Virus record (IMG/VR): IMGVR_UViG_3300045971_000577
Coordinates: 62,001-126,000 of that record
Length of the DNA: 64,000 nucleotides
Reading direction: 5' to 3' (one strand)
In this document: in pieces, positions 18,921 to 28,454 of the stretch
How positions within the stretch are numbered: position 1 is the first letter of the stretch
Layout of the letters: each line of letters begins with the position of its first letter
Position numbers and translations under genes: made by a program
The notes under the pieces: model-generated
What the model saw: only the letters and a program-made list of their open reading frames with translations
Databases searched by the model: none
Told to the model about the DNA's origin: nothing

Positions 18921-19130
18921 TTATCCGCCGTATGTGAGTTTAAGGGCAAGTAGATCTTGCTCACTTATTTTACACAGCTCTCCAAGCTCTGTCAATGTGA
19001 TTGCTCTACTTCCTATATACCATTGATTCGACAATGGACTAAAGACTGGTGATATTTTTGTACCATTCAGTGTCGTATATACAAACCCCGCAATGATAAA
19101 ATCACCGTAACTTGATTTTCTATGGTCCAT
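18921..19130 (-). CDS. small hypothetical protein (tandem paralogue)
   Basis: P.F....QW....TLTELG.LC.I...D...LKLTYG, shared with 19120..19311. Confidence 0.7.
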   Translation of the reverse strand: MDHRKSSYGDFIIAGFVYTTLNGTKISPVFSPLSNQWYIGSRAITLTELGELCKISEQDLLALKLTYGG

Positions 19131-19311
19131 ATTGTAGTGTAAGAAATACTACTTCACCTGCCGGTATGTCGCATAGAAGTGCAATCTCTGTCAGGGTGTA
19201 TTCGTTCCGATCGGTTTTAAGACACCATTTTTGCTTATCCGTGTTGAAGTATGGCTGGTATTTTTCTCCAGACATCCCTTCATACGGATATTCTTCAAGG
19301 AAATGTCTCAA
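19120..19311 (-). CDS. small hypothetical protein (tandem paralogue)
   Basis: QPYF....KW....TLTEIA.LC.I....VFLTLQYG. Confidence 0.7.
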   Translation of the reverse strand: MRHFLEEYPYEGMSGEKYQPYFNTDKQKWCLKTDRNEYTLTEIALLCDIPAGEVVFLTLQYGP

Positions 19312-19799
19312 ATCAATCCCTTACGCTTTCTGCGAGCAATCTCCCATTTGTATTGCTTTTCAGTGTAGCGTTCGCCGTGGATCCAGTATTGCTTTGGGCC
19401 GCCGCCCTCAACTACGGCTGGTCCTTCCAGATTGTGTGGCTGATCTTCAAAGAACCAAACCATGTTGGCTCTATGAATGTATGCGGGACCGCCTTCGCGA
19501 TGGCGCATACCATGTTTGTACCATGCCTGCACTTCGAAGAGTCGACTGACATAAGCAGGGCCGTGGATACGGTGATACTTACCTTCGGTGTCGCGATATT
19601 CCACATCCATGTACAGTTTACGATTATCGGAAACATGACGGCGAGCATTCCATCCGGACACGGGCCACGGAGCACCGTAATAATTCCAGTATTGTGGATA
19701 AGGACCGTAACCCGTAAAGGGCGGCGTTTTTGGCTCCACGAACTGCTTATCCAAGGATAGGGTTTCGAAGAGTTCGCCGAGATCGTTATTGTCATCCAT
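19308..19799 (-). CDS. protein with HR-x-x-GPA (MORN-variant-like) repeats, leaderless
   Basis: HRIHGPAY, HREGGPAY, HNLEGPAV repeats; TTGACA-N17-TACAAT at 19805-19833 ends 5 nt before ATG. Confidence 0.8.
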   Translation of the reverse strand: MDDNNDLGELFETLSLDKQFVEPKTPPFTGYGPYPQYWNYYGAPWPVSGWNARRHVSDNRKLYMDVEYRDTEGKYHRIHGPAYVSRLFEVQAWYKHGMRHREGGPAYIHRANMVWFFEDQPHNLEGPAVVEGGGPKQYWIHGERYTEKQYKWEIARRKRKGLI

Positions 19800-19919
19800 A
19801 CTACATTGTAGCATGGAGAATGTTAGCTGTCAAGCTGACTACAGATCTCGAGAAGATAAATAGTGTAGTTCGCGGGATTGCCGTCCCCAACCACTCTACT
19901 GCCCATAGGAGCACCAGCG

Positions 19920-20579
19920 ATGTATTTAGCATACACCTACCTTATTCGAAATAAAATAACTAATCAGTTTTATTACGGATCTCGATTTCATCACATCAGT
20001 AAACACCGTATTCCCGAAGATGACCTCTGGAAACATTATTTCACCACATCAAAGTATATCAGGGATGATATAAAAATATACGGTAAAGATTCATTTCATT
20101 ACGAAATAATAATGAAAAATATGGATTATGATATTTGCTATTGGTATGAACAGCAACTTATAAAGGAAAATATAGGTAATCCACTATGCATGAACAAGCA
20201 TTATACTGATAAAGATTCGGGGCATAGAAAGTTTTCAGTTGCCGGCACTACTCACAGTGAGGAGAGTAAGAGAAAAATGTCTATTGCTAAAGAGGGAAAA
20301 TCTCTACCGCGCAAGCCTGGTGTTACAGAAAAAATTGTACAGACCAGAAAGAAAAATAATGTCAGACCCAGCGAAGAAGCAAAGAAAAAGCAATCTGCTT
20401 CTATGACTGGCAAGACACCGTGGAACAAAGGTAAAATTGCCACAGACGAAGCTAAGAAAAATCAGTCGACATCACATAAAAACATACCATGGTCGCAGGC
20501 CAGGCGTGATGCACAGAATAAAAAAAGACTACTCGAATTGAGAACAATTTTCCAGAAAGTTCTCAACCCCACCAGATAA
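19920..20579 (+). mobile_element. GIY-YIG (Seg-like) homing endonuclease with NUMOD3 repeats
   Basis: AYTYLIRNKITNQFYYGSR; HSEESKRKMS, SEEAKKKQS, PWNKG; GATAAATA at 19855; AGGAG SD supports ATG 19920. Confidence 0.85.
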
Positions 20580-20870
20580 TTTGATTACTGATGCATCCAT
20601 TTCCGAAAATAGAATAAGACGTCTATGAGTAAAGAAGTACGGATATTCCATCTTGGACATACCGTACCTATGTCGAGTTTTTAGATTCTCTGGAATGGCG
20701 AAACTGTATGCTGTAAATATTTTCTTGATTACAAGGAATCCAGAATAGCTTAGTCTCAAACCATCCCTGTGATGAAAGATGAAGTCATTCATCTGATCAT
20801 CAGTATGCTCGACAAAAATATCGTTCTGTTTTCTTATCTCTTCAAATATAGCAACTTTGAGTGGAATCAT
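20529..20870 (-). CDS. hypothetical phage protein
   Basis: GLRLS..GF, PYF...LILFSEMDASVIKL; start overlaps upstream stop. Confidence 0.75.
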   Translation of the reverse strand: MIPLKVAIFEEIRKQNDIFVEHTDDQMNDFIFHHRDGLRLSYSGFLVIKKIFTAYSFAIPENLKTRHRYGMSKMEYPYFFTHRRLILFSEMDASVIKLSGGVENFLENCSQFE

Positions 20871-21091
20871 AATAACCATTGTACTATGCCAACAATATTT
20901 ATAATCACAAATACAAGTAACTGATAAGATATGACTTTTGGCGCATTTGTATTTCGTAAAAGATAGTACGATGTTATGTTCGACATAAAGAATAGAATAT
21001 ATGCCCATCCACTTATGGGTATATGCAACGCCAGCAATAATGCTCCTGCAATCGCTCCCCAGAAAGAGATCTGCTCAATAAGTGTTTTCAT
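20867..21091 (-). CDS. small multi-TM membrane protein (PnuC-like half-module)
   Basis: Three hydrophobic helices, GA.LLA...W.Y..F..SN, N..GI..W. Confidence 0.55.
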   Translation of the reverse strand: MKTLIEQISFWGAIAGALLLALHIPISGWAYILFFMSNITSYYLLRNTNAPKVISYQLLVFVIINIVGIVQWLL

Positions 21092-21112
21092 TATTTAGTG
21101 ATAAATAGTGTT

Positions 21113-21475
21113 ATGAGAATTAAAGAAGTTATACTTGAAAACATGATAACACATCTGCTGTTATTGTGCAAGCGCGAACTCGGTCTTCAGGATCTTCCAC
21201 ATATTGAACTCGTCGACGACGACACAGTTGGTGGTGGGATGTCTTTTGGTGAATTTGACGGAGATATCCGAGTTGTAACAAAAGGCAGGCATCCAATGGA
21301 TGTAGCTCGGACGCTCGCGCATGAATTAGTTCATTGGAAACAACGTACTGAGAGTATGGAACTTAATGGTAGTGACGGCAGCGAAACTGAAAATCAAGCA
21401 AATGCTCTTGCTGGGGTGATTATGAGAAAGTTCGGGAAAATGTATCCCGAATACTTTATTCAATCCTTACCCTGA
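21113..21475 (+). CDS. zinc metallopeptidase (HExxH), late, leaderless
   Basis: RTLAHELVHWKQ, E.QANA.AG; GATAAATA at 21100-21107, ATG 5 nt later. Confidence 0.8.
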   Translation: MRIKEVILENMITHLLLLCKRELGLQDLPHIELVDDDTVGGGMSFGEFDGDIRVVTKGRHPMDVARTLAHELVHWKQRTESMELNGSDGSETENQANALAGVIMRKFGKMYPEYFIQSLP

Positions 21476-21806
21476 TGTTGTAGCATAGTCTGAAGGCTAA
21501 CTCTTCAGGTGTATCCGGATAGAGCAAAAGAAAGAAATCTGCACCGCCTATATCCATATCTATATAGCCACCGAACGAAATCTTACATTCCTGCAGCCAA
21601 TCGTACAATAATCTTCTTTCTTCTTTCAGAAAAGACTTCACTATACTGTAGTGAAGCCTTCCTATATTCCGATCGTCATAATAGTTTATGTATGGGTAAT
21701 GAGTATTGTAATACTTCTTATAGTCTTCGTGTGATATTTCCCCAAGGAAATATGTCGAAAGATATTCCCTATCGTACTGTCGCTTACCTGTATAAACTAT
21801 TTTCAT
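21456..21806 (-). CDS. hypothetical protein
   Basis: 116 aa; ends EELAFRL. Confidence 0.65.
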   Translation of the reverse strand: MKIVYTGKRQYDREYLSTYFLGEISHEDYKKYYNTHYPYINYYDDRNIGRLHYSIVKSFLKEERRLLYDWLQECKISFGGYIDMDIGGADFFLLLYPDTPEELAFRLCYNIRVRIE

Positions 21807-21812
21807 TGCATA

Positions 21813-22109
21813 TTATTCTTCGCCCTCGATACATGGTGTTCCTGCAGTCAATTTGAATACAGCGAAATCTGTTGTCTTGAACATCTTATTCAATCTTTCT
21901 GAAAGATTGAATGCATGTCCTGAGTTTGAAAAACTTACTTTCTTGTATTTAGGTCCTGGATAAGAAATAAGGTGACTAAGGGTTCTTAGATTGATTGGCT
22001 TGCCTTGATAGAACACCGCGTAGATCGCGTCGGCATCAAGCACCTGTTCAGCTTTATAGGTCTTAGGATGTACGTTTTCAAGTATAATGGTAGGCTTAGG
22101 TCTTGCCAT
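21813..22109 (-). CDS. hypothetical phage protein
   Basis: MARPKPTIILE...GPKYKKVSFSN.GHA; GGAG SD; GATAAATA at 22137-22144. Confidence 0.8.
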   Translation of the reverse strand: MARPKPTIILENVHPKTYKAEQVLDADAIYAVFYQGKPINLRTLSHLISYPGPKYKKVSFSNSGHAFNLSERLNKMFKTTDFAVFKLTAGTPCIEGEE

Positions 22110-22169
22110 TGCTGTGTTCTCCAATAAATGTACATATATTTATCAAAAAACACCGTTTTATAGGCCTTT

Positions 22170-22466
22170 CTATTGGGTTAATTTATCGAGCATAAACTGC
22201 ATCTCGAGGTCATCCATAAAGTCTGGCCATTTGCGTTCTATATCAGTTTGAGTTATCGGTCTATAGCCCTCATTTATCTTCTGTGATTTTTTACCGAATG
22301 CATCGTTAAAATGGGTTAACTCTCTTTGGTAGGCTCTGGAACTTGCAGCACCCCAGACGATAAATCTTTTGGAATATATCTCATCTACGCAGCGCAGAAC
22401 ACCCCACAAATGAGCCTTACCGTTTAAGTCTTTCTTGCAGCCTACCCAGTCAAACCATAGCTTCAT
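22170..22466 (-). CDS. WGR-like domain protein (paralogue of 7228..7572)
   Basis: LWG...VWGA...KINEGY.PI....IE.KWPDF. Confidence 0.6.
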   Translation of the reverse strand: MKLWFDWVGCKKDLNGKAHLWGVLRCVDEIYSKRFIVWGAASSRAYQRELTHFNDAFGKKSQKINEGYRPITQTDIERKWPDFMDDLEMQFMLDKLTQ

Positions 22467-22948
22467 TTTACTTTTCTTAGCTTGGCGAGTTGACTACGCA
22501 TCTCCATCTCAGATTTGAACGGACCAGCATATTGGTATGTTTCGAGAGTCGATAGCTTTGGGCAGAACGCAGGCATCCAATTCTTAGGGAAGTTAAGGCA
22601 GTAGTATCCTGCACTGTAATAAACTTCGCTGGTAGCCTTCTTGCTGAACAACGGTAGCTTATTGCCCTTGATGATAACTTCGTGTGGAGATTCGAAATCA
22701 ATGGGAAACCCGTTGATGAAGTAATCTTTCTTTACTTCTACTTCTTCTTCAACTTCGACTACATTGTCGAAAATGTTTTCGTGGAAGTATTTGTTCACTT
22801 CCTTACGATCCAGAAATTTTTTCTTTTCTCCTTGCGCCATAAGCACATATTCATCTCTCAGTTTAGTAAGAAGGCCTACTTTGATATCGTCTGTATCGCC
22901 AATAACAAGCCATGAAGTTTCGGTAAGGGGTTTGAGTTTCACTGACAT
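22463..22948 (-). CDS. hypothetical phage protein
   Basis: LPLFSK...S..YYSAGYY...CPKL.TL..Y.Y.GPFK. Confidence 0.8.
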   Translation of the reverse strand: MSVKLKPLTETSWLVIGDTDDIKVGLLTKLRDEYVLMAQGEKKKFLDRKEVNKYFHENIFDNVVEVEEEVEVKKDYFINGFPIDFESPHEVIIKGNKLPLFSKKATSEVYYSAGYYCLNFPKNWMPAFCPKLSTLETYQYAGPFKSEMEMRSQLAKLRKVK

Positions 22949-22960
22949 TATATTCCTTTA

Positions 22961-23998
22961 TTATTCTTTGTATTTCGCCTTCAACATGGGCATGAAATCT
23001 TGCGAGTAATCGCCGATCTTCTTTAGTGCCCATTTACCACAGAATTTTAGAAATCCGATACCTATCTCTACAGCCGGTACATTCTTACGGTCAGTGTCTA
23101 CAGCAATAATTTCCAGACATTGTTGTCTGATATCATCCGGAATCATTGATAGATCGATCAGACGCCTGTTCAACTCGTAACGTTCTTTAACTCTTTGTTC
23201 TTGTTGGTTATGATCGACCCACTTCTGAAGCATGAAGTTATTCCAGGAATACCCCTTGCCAGTCTGATCTTCATATGCTTCGATAATGCCGACTTGCTTC
23301 CTTGTTCCCTTTTCACGTACACCAGGATAGGCACTAAAGATGTTGTCGGTTTTGTCTCCGCGTACACATTTCAAAAACAAAGCATATTCATACCAGTCTT
23401 CGGCTGGTTTGAAATTAGCATCCTTTTTGCCTACCTTGATCTTGGCATCCGAAGTTACATCAAAGTACAGTCGGTTTCCGTCGTCGTCGAAAACACCATC
23501 ACGCTTGATCTGGATGTTCTTCACTGGATCATACAACATTACATTAGGATGACGTAGTAACTGGAAAAAGTCAGAGTCGGAGCTAATCAGAATGTGCTGA
23601 TCATCAGGATGAGCTTCGATGAAGATGGCAATCATATCATCAGCCTCGGCGTTAGGATTCCGAAGTACGGTGATATTGGTCTTACTATCTAGGAACTGTA
23701 CAAAGTCGTCAAAGGCCTCCACAAGGATTTCGTGGTTTTCTTGTTCCTTGGGTGTCTGTTGTGCAAAGGCTACCTTTCGGTTAGCTTTATAGTCCGGATA
23801 GATGTTCCGGCGCCAGCTACGACCCTCCAAGAAGAATACAGTATGTGTACCCGACCATTTCTTATATTCTTTCTTCATTGAATGAAGAATCATATGAAGA
23901 GCCATGCCTATCATACTATCGATACCCAGCGCAGGGTTGGTCATATTTATTTGTCTATGAAAAAGATTATGGCCGTCTGTCAATATGAAGGTATGCAT
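22961..23998 (-). CDS. rnh: 5'-3' exonuclease / T4-type RNase H
   Basis: D..NLF.R, SWRR.IYPDYKANR, EADD, SSDSDF.QL, RGDKTDNI. Confidence 0.9.
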   Translation of the reverse strand: MHTFILTDGHNLFHRQINMTNPALGIDSMIGMALHMILHSMKKEYKKWSGTHTVFFLEGRSWRRNIYPDYKANRKVAFAQQTPKEQENHEILVEAFDDFVQFLDSKTNITVLRNPNAEADDMIAIFIEAHPDDQHILISSDSDFFQLLRHPNVMLYDPVKNIQIKRDGVFDDDGNRLYFDVTSDAKIKVGKKDANFKPAEDWYEYALFLKCVRGDKTDNIFSAYPGVREKGTRKQVGIIEAYEDQTGKGYSWNNFMLQKWVDHNQQEQRVKERYELNRRLIDLSMIPDDIRQQCLEIIAVDTDRKNVPAVEIGIGFLKFCGKWALKKIGDYSQDFMPMLKAKYKE

Positions 23999-24291
23999 TA
24001 CATGAATCCGCTAAAATCGATTGAGTTGTCTCTTGTGAAGATGTGTAACTGAGCTGCTTCGACAAGCTTCTCGAATGTAGGCCTGGTTATCGTATGTGGT
24101 TCATCAGGAAATACAATGGTCCACTCTCCCTTCATATTCTGATAATACTTTCTTTCCAGTATCGCTGTAAGCACCTTGGCATCCGAAAGCTTTTCCCTAT
24201 GTATTTCCATCATGGTCATACCGTCAACGAATGTGAAGTCGGTTTGGATGCGGCCATCCGGTAAGGATTTCACTGAAAGTACGTTCTTCAC
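23998..24291 (-). CDS. hypothetical protein
   Basis: 97 aa, coupled. Confidence 0.7.
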   Translation of the reverse strand: MKNVLSVKSLPDGRIQTDFTFVDGMTMMEIHREKLSDAKVLTAILERKYYQNMKGEWTIVFPDEPHTITRPTFEKLVEAAQLHIFTRDNSIDFSGFM

Positions 24292-24542
24292 TTAGGTGCC
24301 CTTGCCTTCAAGGATTCCACAAATGCCTTGTACTCTGTAGGATGGCTGCGCCAGTACAATCCGTGCGATGCCTGAGGACGTTTACAAAAGTGTTCAAACA
24401 GGATTTCACCGCGACGCTCTCCGATTTGTTGGCGATGTCCCGTGCATCCAGGAACAGGCCAGTAATGCCAGCAGAGTTTCTCACGAGCGGTAAACTTTGA
24501 GCCGCCTAGCCTACGCTTCAATGCGTAATATGATTGGTTCAC
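24288..24542 (-). CDS. hypothetical protein
   Basis: 84 aa, coupled. Confidence 0.65.
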   Translation of the reverse strand: MNQSYYALKRRLGGSKFTAREKLCWHYWPVPGCTGHRQQIGERRGEILFEHFCKRPQASHGLYWRSHPTEYKAFVESLKARAPK

Positions 24543-25192
24543 TTATATCCCTTTCTGTCTTTGCCAATGGGTTCCGAAGATGTGCCCCAACGCTTTACAG
24601 CCTCGAGATTGGCAGCGGAATCCGGAGTGAAGTCACCCACGCCGTCGAATTCCTCCATTGCCACGTTTCTTGAGAGTTCCATAAACCACTGGTTAACGAT
24701 ATTGTCTGGAGTGGGTCCGGTGTATCCCTCGGATTTCAACTTTTCCACCCAGTACTCGTTCCAGTCAAGTTCGAAACTACCTTCCAGAGAAGTACCCTTG
24801 CTGAAGTCCATTCCAACTATGTTGACCCAAGGCTCTTTGCGTAGAGTGGCTGACTGCTTCTCGTACTCCACATCCTTGATCTTGCCCTCTCTGTGATCTA
24901 ACTCTAACACAGCAAGCGCCTTTTGTACAGGATCCTTGATGAGTTCTGTTAGGTTACGGTTGTATTGGGTTTGGTCCATGTGACCATTCTTTAGTTGAAG
25001 GTCCCACAACTTTTGTCCATACTCGTCCGCAGTCATTTCATCTTGCTTGATTTCAAGCAAGCGATATTGCAATGCGAATCCTTCTAGTTCGTATTCAGCT
25101 TGTGCGATTTCGCGTGTTTTTCCTGCAAGACCGATGTGACCCGGTAACCACCCAAACGGTATTAGTTTTTTCTTAGACATATTTGTATCCAT
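24539..25192 (-). CDS. hypothetical phage protein
   Basis: EPWVNIV...FELDWN...L..EGY.G....IV.QWF. Confidence 0.8.
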   Translation of the reverse strand: MDTNMSKKKLIPFGWLPGHIGLAGKTREIAQAEYELEGFALQYRLLEIKQDEMTADEYGQKLWDLQLKNGHMDQTQYNRNLTELIKDPVQKALAVLELDHREGKIKDVEYEKQSATLRKEPWVNIVGMDFSKGTSLEGSFELDWNEYWVEKLKSEGYTGPTPDNIVNQWFMELSRNVAMEEFDGVGDFTPDSAANLEAVKRWGTSSEPIGKDRKGYK

Positions 25193-25400
25193 GTTTTAGT
25201 GTAAATGCAGTGTTGTCTTCTGCTGTTTCAAATACTATTACTACAACAGGTGTAGGACTGCCAGGCGCTTTTTCAAACACAACATCTACCTCAGATCCTG
25301 GCCATTCTTTTAGCATCTCAAGTAACTTCCTAGTATCAATAAGTAGGCCGTTGCATCTGGTTTGATAAACTCGGCCGGTAAATTCCGGAGGAATATTCAT
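25173..25400 (-). CDS. small protein, F-x-x-x-x-D-x-x-x-F-x-L family
   Basis: IVFETAEDNTAFTLKHG. Confidence 0.7.
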   Translation of the reverse strand: MNIPPEFTGRVYQTRCNGLLIDTRKLLEMLKEWPGSEVDVVFEKAPGSPTPVVVIVFETAEDNTAFTLKHGYKYV

Positions 25401-25630
25401 CTCGGATTTTCCCGCAACTTTTCTACCGTAGCCTCCATAGCCTCTTCAGTCCACCTATGCAGCCAGGGCGACCTATCACACTCCGCTACATGTTTCATAA
25501 TGTTCTTTCTACCTGCATATTCCATAGCTTCGCATAGTGCGATACTAAAAAGTCGCTTACCATTACGATTGATGATAATAATCATTGGATCTTTCTCATC
25601 CTGTGTCCAGCCATATTCGTCATCGTACAT
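25397..25630 (-). CDS. hypothetical protein
   Basis: 77 aa, coupled; ends EATVEKLRENPR. Confidence 0.65.
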   Translation of the reverse strand: MYDDEYGWTQDEKDPMIIIINRNGKRLFSIALCEAMEYAGRKNIMKHVAECDRSPWLHRWTEEAMEATVEKLRENPR

Positions 25631-25836
25631 TATTTATATCCCATTATAAGCTTGAAAGTTAGTGCATCTTGCGGATCTTCGAAATACCACGCAAACGGCT
25701 TATATGGTCCCGAATAGAACCTACCTTTAGATTGGTGGCGCTGACACCAGAGTTTCAAATCAAACCAGTTATTATTACGAATCTCAATGTGCGTCCAATG
25801 TTGGCGACACTCCTTACCTTTATTCCAATACTTCAC
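25630..25836 (-). CDS. small protein, F-x-x-x-x-DA-x-x-FKL family
   Basis: WYFEDPQDALTFKLIMG. Confidence 0.75.
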   Translation of the reverse strand: MKYWNKGKECRQHWTHIEIRNNNWFDLKLWCQRHQSKGRFYSGPYKPFAWYFEDPQDALTFKLIMGYK

Positions 25837-26144
25837 TTAGCTTGTATCAAATCAAATGGTACTACTTCAAAGTCCGGAACTAAGTATTCTGCATATTCGC
25901 CCACACGCTCGGGCGCTGGTGTATATCTCTTCCAATCATCGTCGATAACTATACACCAGGTACAGGGTCCATGGACCCTTTTCGGGTCCATACCTACCTT
26001 CATTTCCTTGATCGCTCTCTTAGCATTGTCTTCGCTAAGGAAAACCGATGCTGCAAGAAAGTCGTAGTAGAAATGTGCATGCTTAGAAGAAGTACACCAT
26101 GTGTTTGTGTTCTTCTCTCGAATAAAGAATAGCTGTCGGGTCAT
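25833..26144 (-). CDS. hypothetical protein
   Basis: 103 aa, coupled. Confidence 0.7.
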   Translation of the reverse strand: MTRQLFFIREKNTNTWCTSSKHAHFYYDFLAASVFLSEDNAKRAIKEMKVGMDPKRVHGPCTWCIVIDDDWKRYTPAPERVGEYAEYLVPDFEVVPFDLIQAK

Positions 26145-27052
26145 TTTCCTACCACATTTCCGAAAATATAGGTGTGTACTCGAGCTGCAACATGATACCC
26201 GCGCTCTACAGCACCTTCTGTGACTTTTGCAGCTACCTTATTTTGACCTTCTATATCGGCACCTACCGGCATAATCCAGACCGGCCAGTCGATGCCTTTT
26301 TTGCGATAAAGCGATGTAGCTGTCAGCACTTCGTTCCATGCTCGATCGGTTCCATTGGACACATATTTCAATTGCCCGGTACCCGACGACATAAAATATT
26401 GTGATACCACATCGGGCTTAACCGCGTCATTCCACTGTTCTCCGCTGAGATATAACTTTGGACTTACACTCCAAAATAGTTCGCCAGACATTCCCATATA
26501 TTCACTAAAATAGTCAGCAAATTTTTCTCGTATAGGCTGAGTTCCGTTAGTTTCTATTGTGACAAAATACGGTAAATTGTTTCTTCTTTCGAATTCTGAC
26601 ATTATATCAACGATAGCATTTTGATTCATCATAGGTTCGCCGCCGGTGAATGCCATATGCGTCCATTGCTTGCTTACCGGATGCAAAAATTTACCATCAG
26701 GATTAGATTCGGATTTTAGAAAAGATTCGAGTTGATCGCATATATCTTCCACGGTCGAAGAATTTGCTAAGTGCGCAAATTTCTTAGCCCAACTATATGA
26801 GCTATCGCATCCTTTACTAAACACTGGCAGATCCACCATTCTTTTTATAGAAGATACATCTATGGATTGATAATCAAGCACATATGTACTCTTGTCGCCG
26901 GGATTATCCTGACCGAAGCCGCTGCATTCGAAATTACATCCCCAGAAACGAATCCATACGGTAGCGACACCAGTGTATCTGCCTTCGCCCTGAATTGTCT
27001 TTCCAAAAATTTCCGAATATTTATATTTTTTCATATCTACATTTATCTCCAT
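26141..27052 (-). CDS. queE: 7-carboxy-7-deazaguanine synthase (radical SAM)
   Basis: SEIF..TIQGEG.YTG...VWIRF.GCNFEC...CDS.YSW, FTGGEP, IETNGT, SVSPKL, RVH..IFGN. Confidence 0.9.
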   Translation of the reverse strand: MEINVDMKKYKYSEIFGKTIQGEGRYTGVATVWIRFWGCNFECSGFGQDNPGDKSTYVLDYQSIDVSSIKRMVDLPVFSKGCDSSYSWAKKFAHLANSSTVEDICDQLESFLKSESNPDGKFLHPVSKQWTHMAFTGGEPMMNQNAIVDIMSEFERRNNLPYFVTIETNGTQPIREKFADYFSEYMGMSGELFWSVSPKLYLSGEQWNDAVKPDVVSQYFMSSGTGQLKYVSNGTDRAWNEVLTATSLYRKKGIDWPVWIMPVGADIEGQNKVAAKVTEGAVERGYHVAARVHTYIFGNVVGK

Positions 27053-27206
27053 GCCATCTTATATTATTCACCAGTGATGTCTCTTTTCCACAGTTATAGC
27101 ATGCTATTTTAGGTTGGGGTCTTCCTTTTTGTATTTTAGATATTTTAGCCTTTGCTTCATCCGAATCTTTATTGCGAAGGTAAGCATATGTGTAAAACAA
27201 TAACAA
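27021..27206 (-). pseudogene. internally deleted GIY-YIG/NUMOD3 homing endonuclease remnant
   Basis: N-terminal FYTYAYLRNKDS fused directly to EAKAKIS..QKG and C..CGK.....N..RWHGDKC C-terminal motifs. Confidence 0.65.
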
Positions 27207-27782
27207 TTATTCTCTCCCGCCCTTTAGCTTTTCCATTATTTTACTAGCTTCGTACATGAAAGTCAAATCGTCAAGCGTAAGAGTTCCTTTAACTTTCGCA
27301 AGTTCAATGATTTCCTCAAACACCGTATCTCTCATCTCAGCCTTTACCTTCTTATTGATTCCTGATGCTAGTTCAGCACCAAGCCGAAGTGTACAAGAAA
27401 AAGCCTCGGCAGCTTCGTCAATGTTTATTTCCTGACTCCATGTCACCGAACCATCAATATTCACTCGAACTATTTCAGTGTTGTTCTTACCATGCAAGGC
27501 AATTATATTAGTCGGTTGAGTAACCCCAATTGAGAACCCAGATCCAACAGTGTATGTCGAATAGGGATTAGCTGCGGCAGTAATATTTCCACTGTAGTTG
27601 AATTGATATCCAGGAAACGCCACACCGTTTGCATTTGGCATGGTTACCTGAATATTCCCGCCGCTACCGCTGCCTATTGCTGTGGTTGTGACTGTAGATA
27701 CGGCAGGTGCTGCTGCTATTTGGGCAGGGGTAGGTGTAGTACCTACCCCTGTATTGTTGTTTTTCTTACCAAACCAGCTCAT
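27207..27782 (-). CDS. hypothetical protein with low-complexity N-terminus
   Basis: 191 aa; ends SKIMEKLKGG. Confidence 0.75.
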   Translation of the reverse strand: MSWFGKKNNNTGVGTTPTPAQIAAAPAVSTVTTTAIGSGSGGNIQVTMPNANGVAFPGYQFNYSGNITAAANPYSTYTVGSGFSIGVTQPTNIIALHGKNNTEIVRVNIDGSVTWSQEINIDEAAEAFSCTLRLGAELASGINKKVKAEMRDTVFEEIIELAKVKGTLTLDDLTFMYEASKIMEKLKGGRE

Positions 27783-27783
27783 A

Positions 27784-28056
27784 TTATTCCCTTTTATCGT
27801 TTACTAACTTTTCTATTAGCTTATAGTTATCGTATGCTTCCTGTAATGCAGGAAAGCGTGCCTGAAGCTCTTCGTTAGGACGAAGAATGGCTAGCCGTTT
27901 TTCTATTTCGGCTAGCCTCTCTGTTACTTCTGCGAAATCTTTGTTCTTTGAAAGATCTAAGTCGAGGGTGGATCCCCATGTCGAACTCGCGACTATCATC
28001 CCGGAACCCACTGCGGTTATAGGAAAGTAATCGCCGGATTGCATATTTACTGACAT
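27784..28056 (-). CDS. hypothetical phage protein
   Basis: ERL..IEKRLAIL.PN.EL...FP.L..AY..YK..EKL. Confidence 0.75.
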   Translation of the reverse strand: MSVNMQSGDYFPITAVGSGMIVASSTWGSTLDLDLSKNKDFAEVTERLAEIEKRLAILRPNEELQARFPALQEAYDNYKLIEKLVNDKRE

Positions 28057-28259
28057 AGTGGAAACTTTATTTTGAAATAGAGTGCATCATCGGAATTCTC
28101 GAAACCGAAATGAATGTACTCTATTTGAGTTAGGCTGCCTACTGAAAACTTTATATCGACGCTATCCCTGCTATTAGCATTTACCCATTCTACCTTTTCG
28201 ATGTATGTGGTATCGTACGGGTATTTAAGTATGTTCTTGTATTTAGCAGAGAAGATCAC
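28047..28259 (-). CDS. small protein, F-x-x-x-x-DA-x-x-FK family
   Basis: FGFENSDDALYFKIKF; probable GTG start at 28259 (track extends it to 28385). Confidence 0.65.
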   Translation of the reverse strand: MIFSAKYKNILKYPYDTTYIEKVEWVNANSRDSVDIKFSVGSLTQIEYIHFGFENSDDALYFKIKFPLCQ

Positions 28260-28266
28260 CGGTTTT

Positions 28267-28407
28267 TCAGCTGTTGCGGCCTCCGCAGCCACCGCAGCAA
28301 GACGAGGCCGAATAGGTAAGCGTAGCACCATTTTCACCGTCCTCGCTAATTTCGACAGCAATGTCTCTTCCTGGATATTTTCCACTGATATAACCTATTA
28401 TATTCAT
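28267..28407 (-). pseudogene. orphaned duplicate 3' end of the QueD-like/DpdL gene
   Basis: IGYISGKYPGRDIAVEISEDGENGA aligns with YNIITSKYPNRSIKISVSEDNENGA of 29027..29407. Confidence 0.75.
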
Positions 28408-28454
28408 AATAACTCTTCTTATTGATAAATACACGACGATAGAGAGATCACCAC

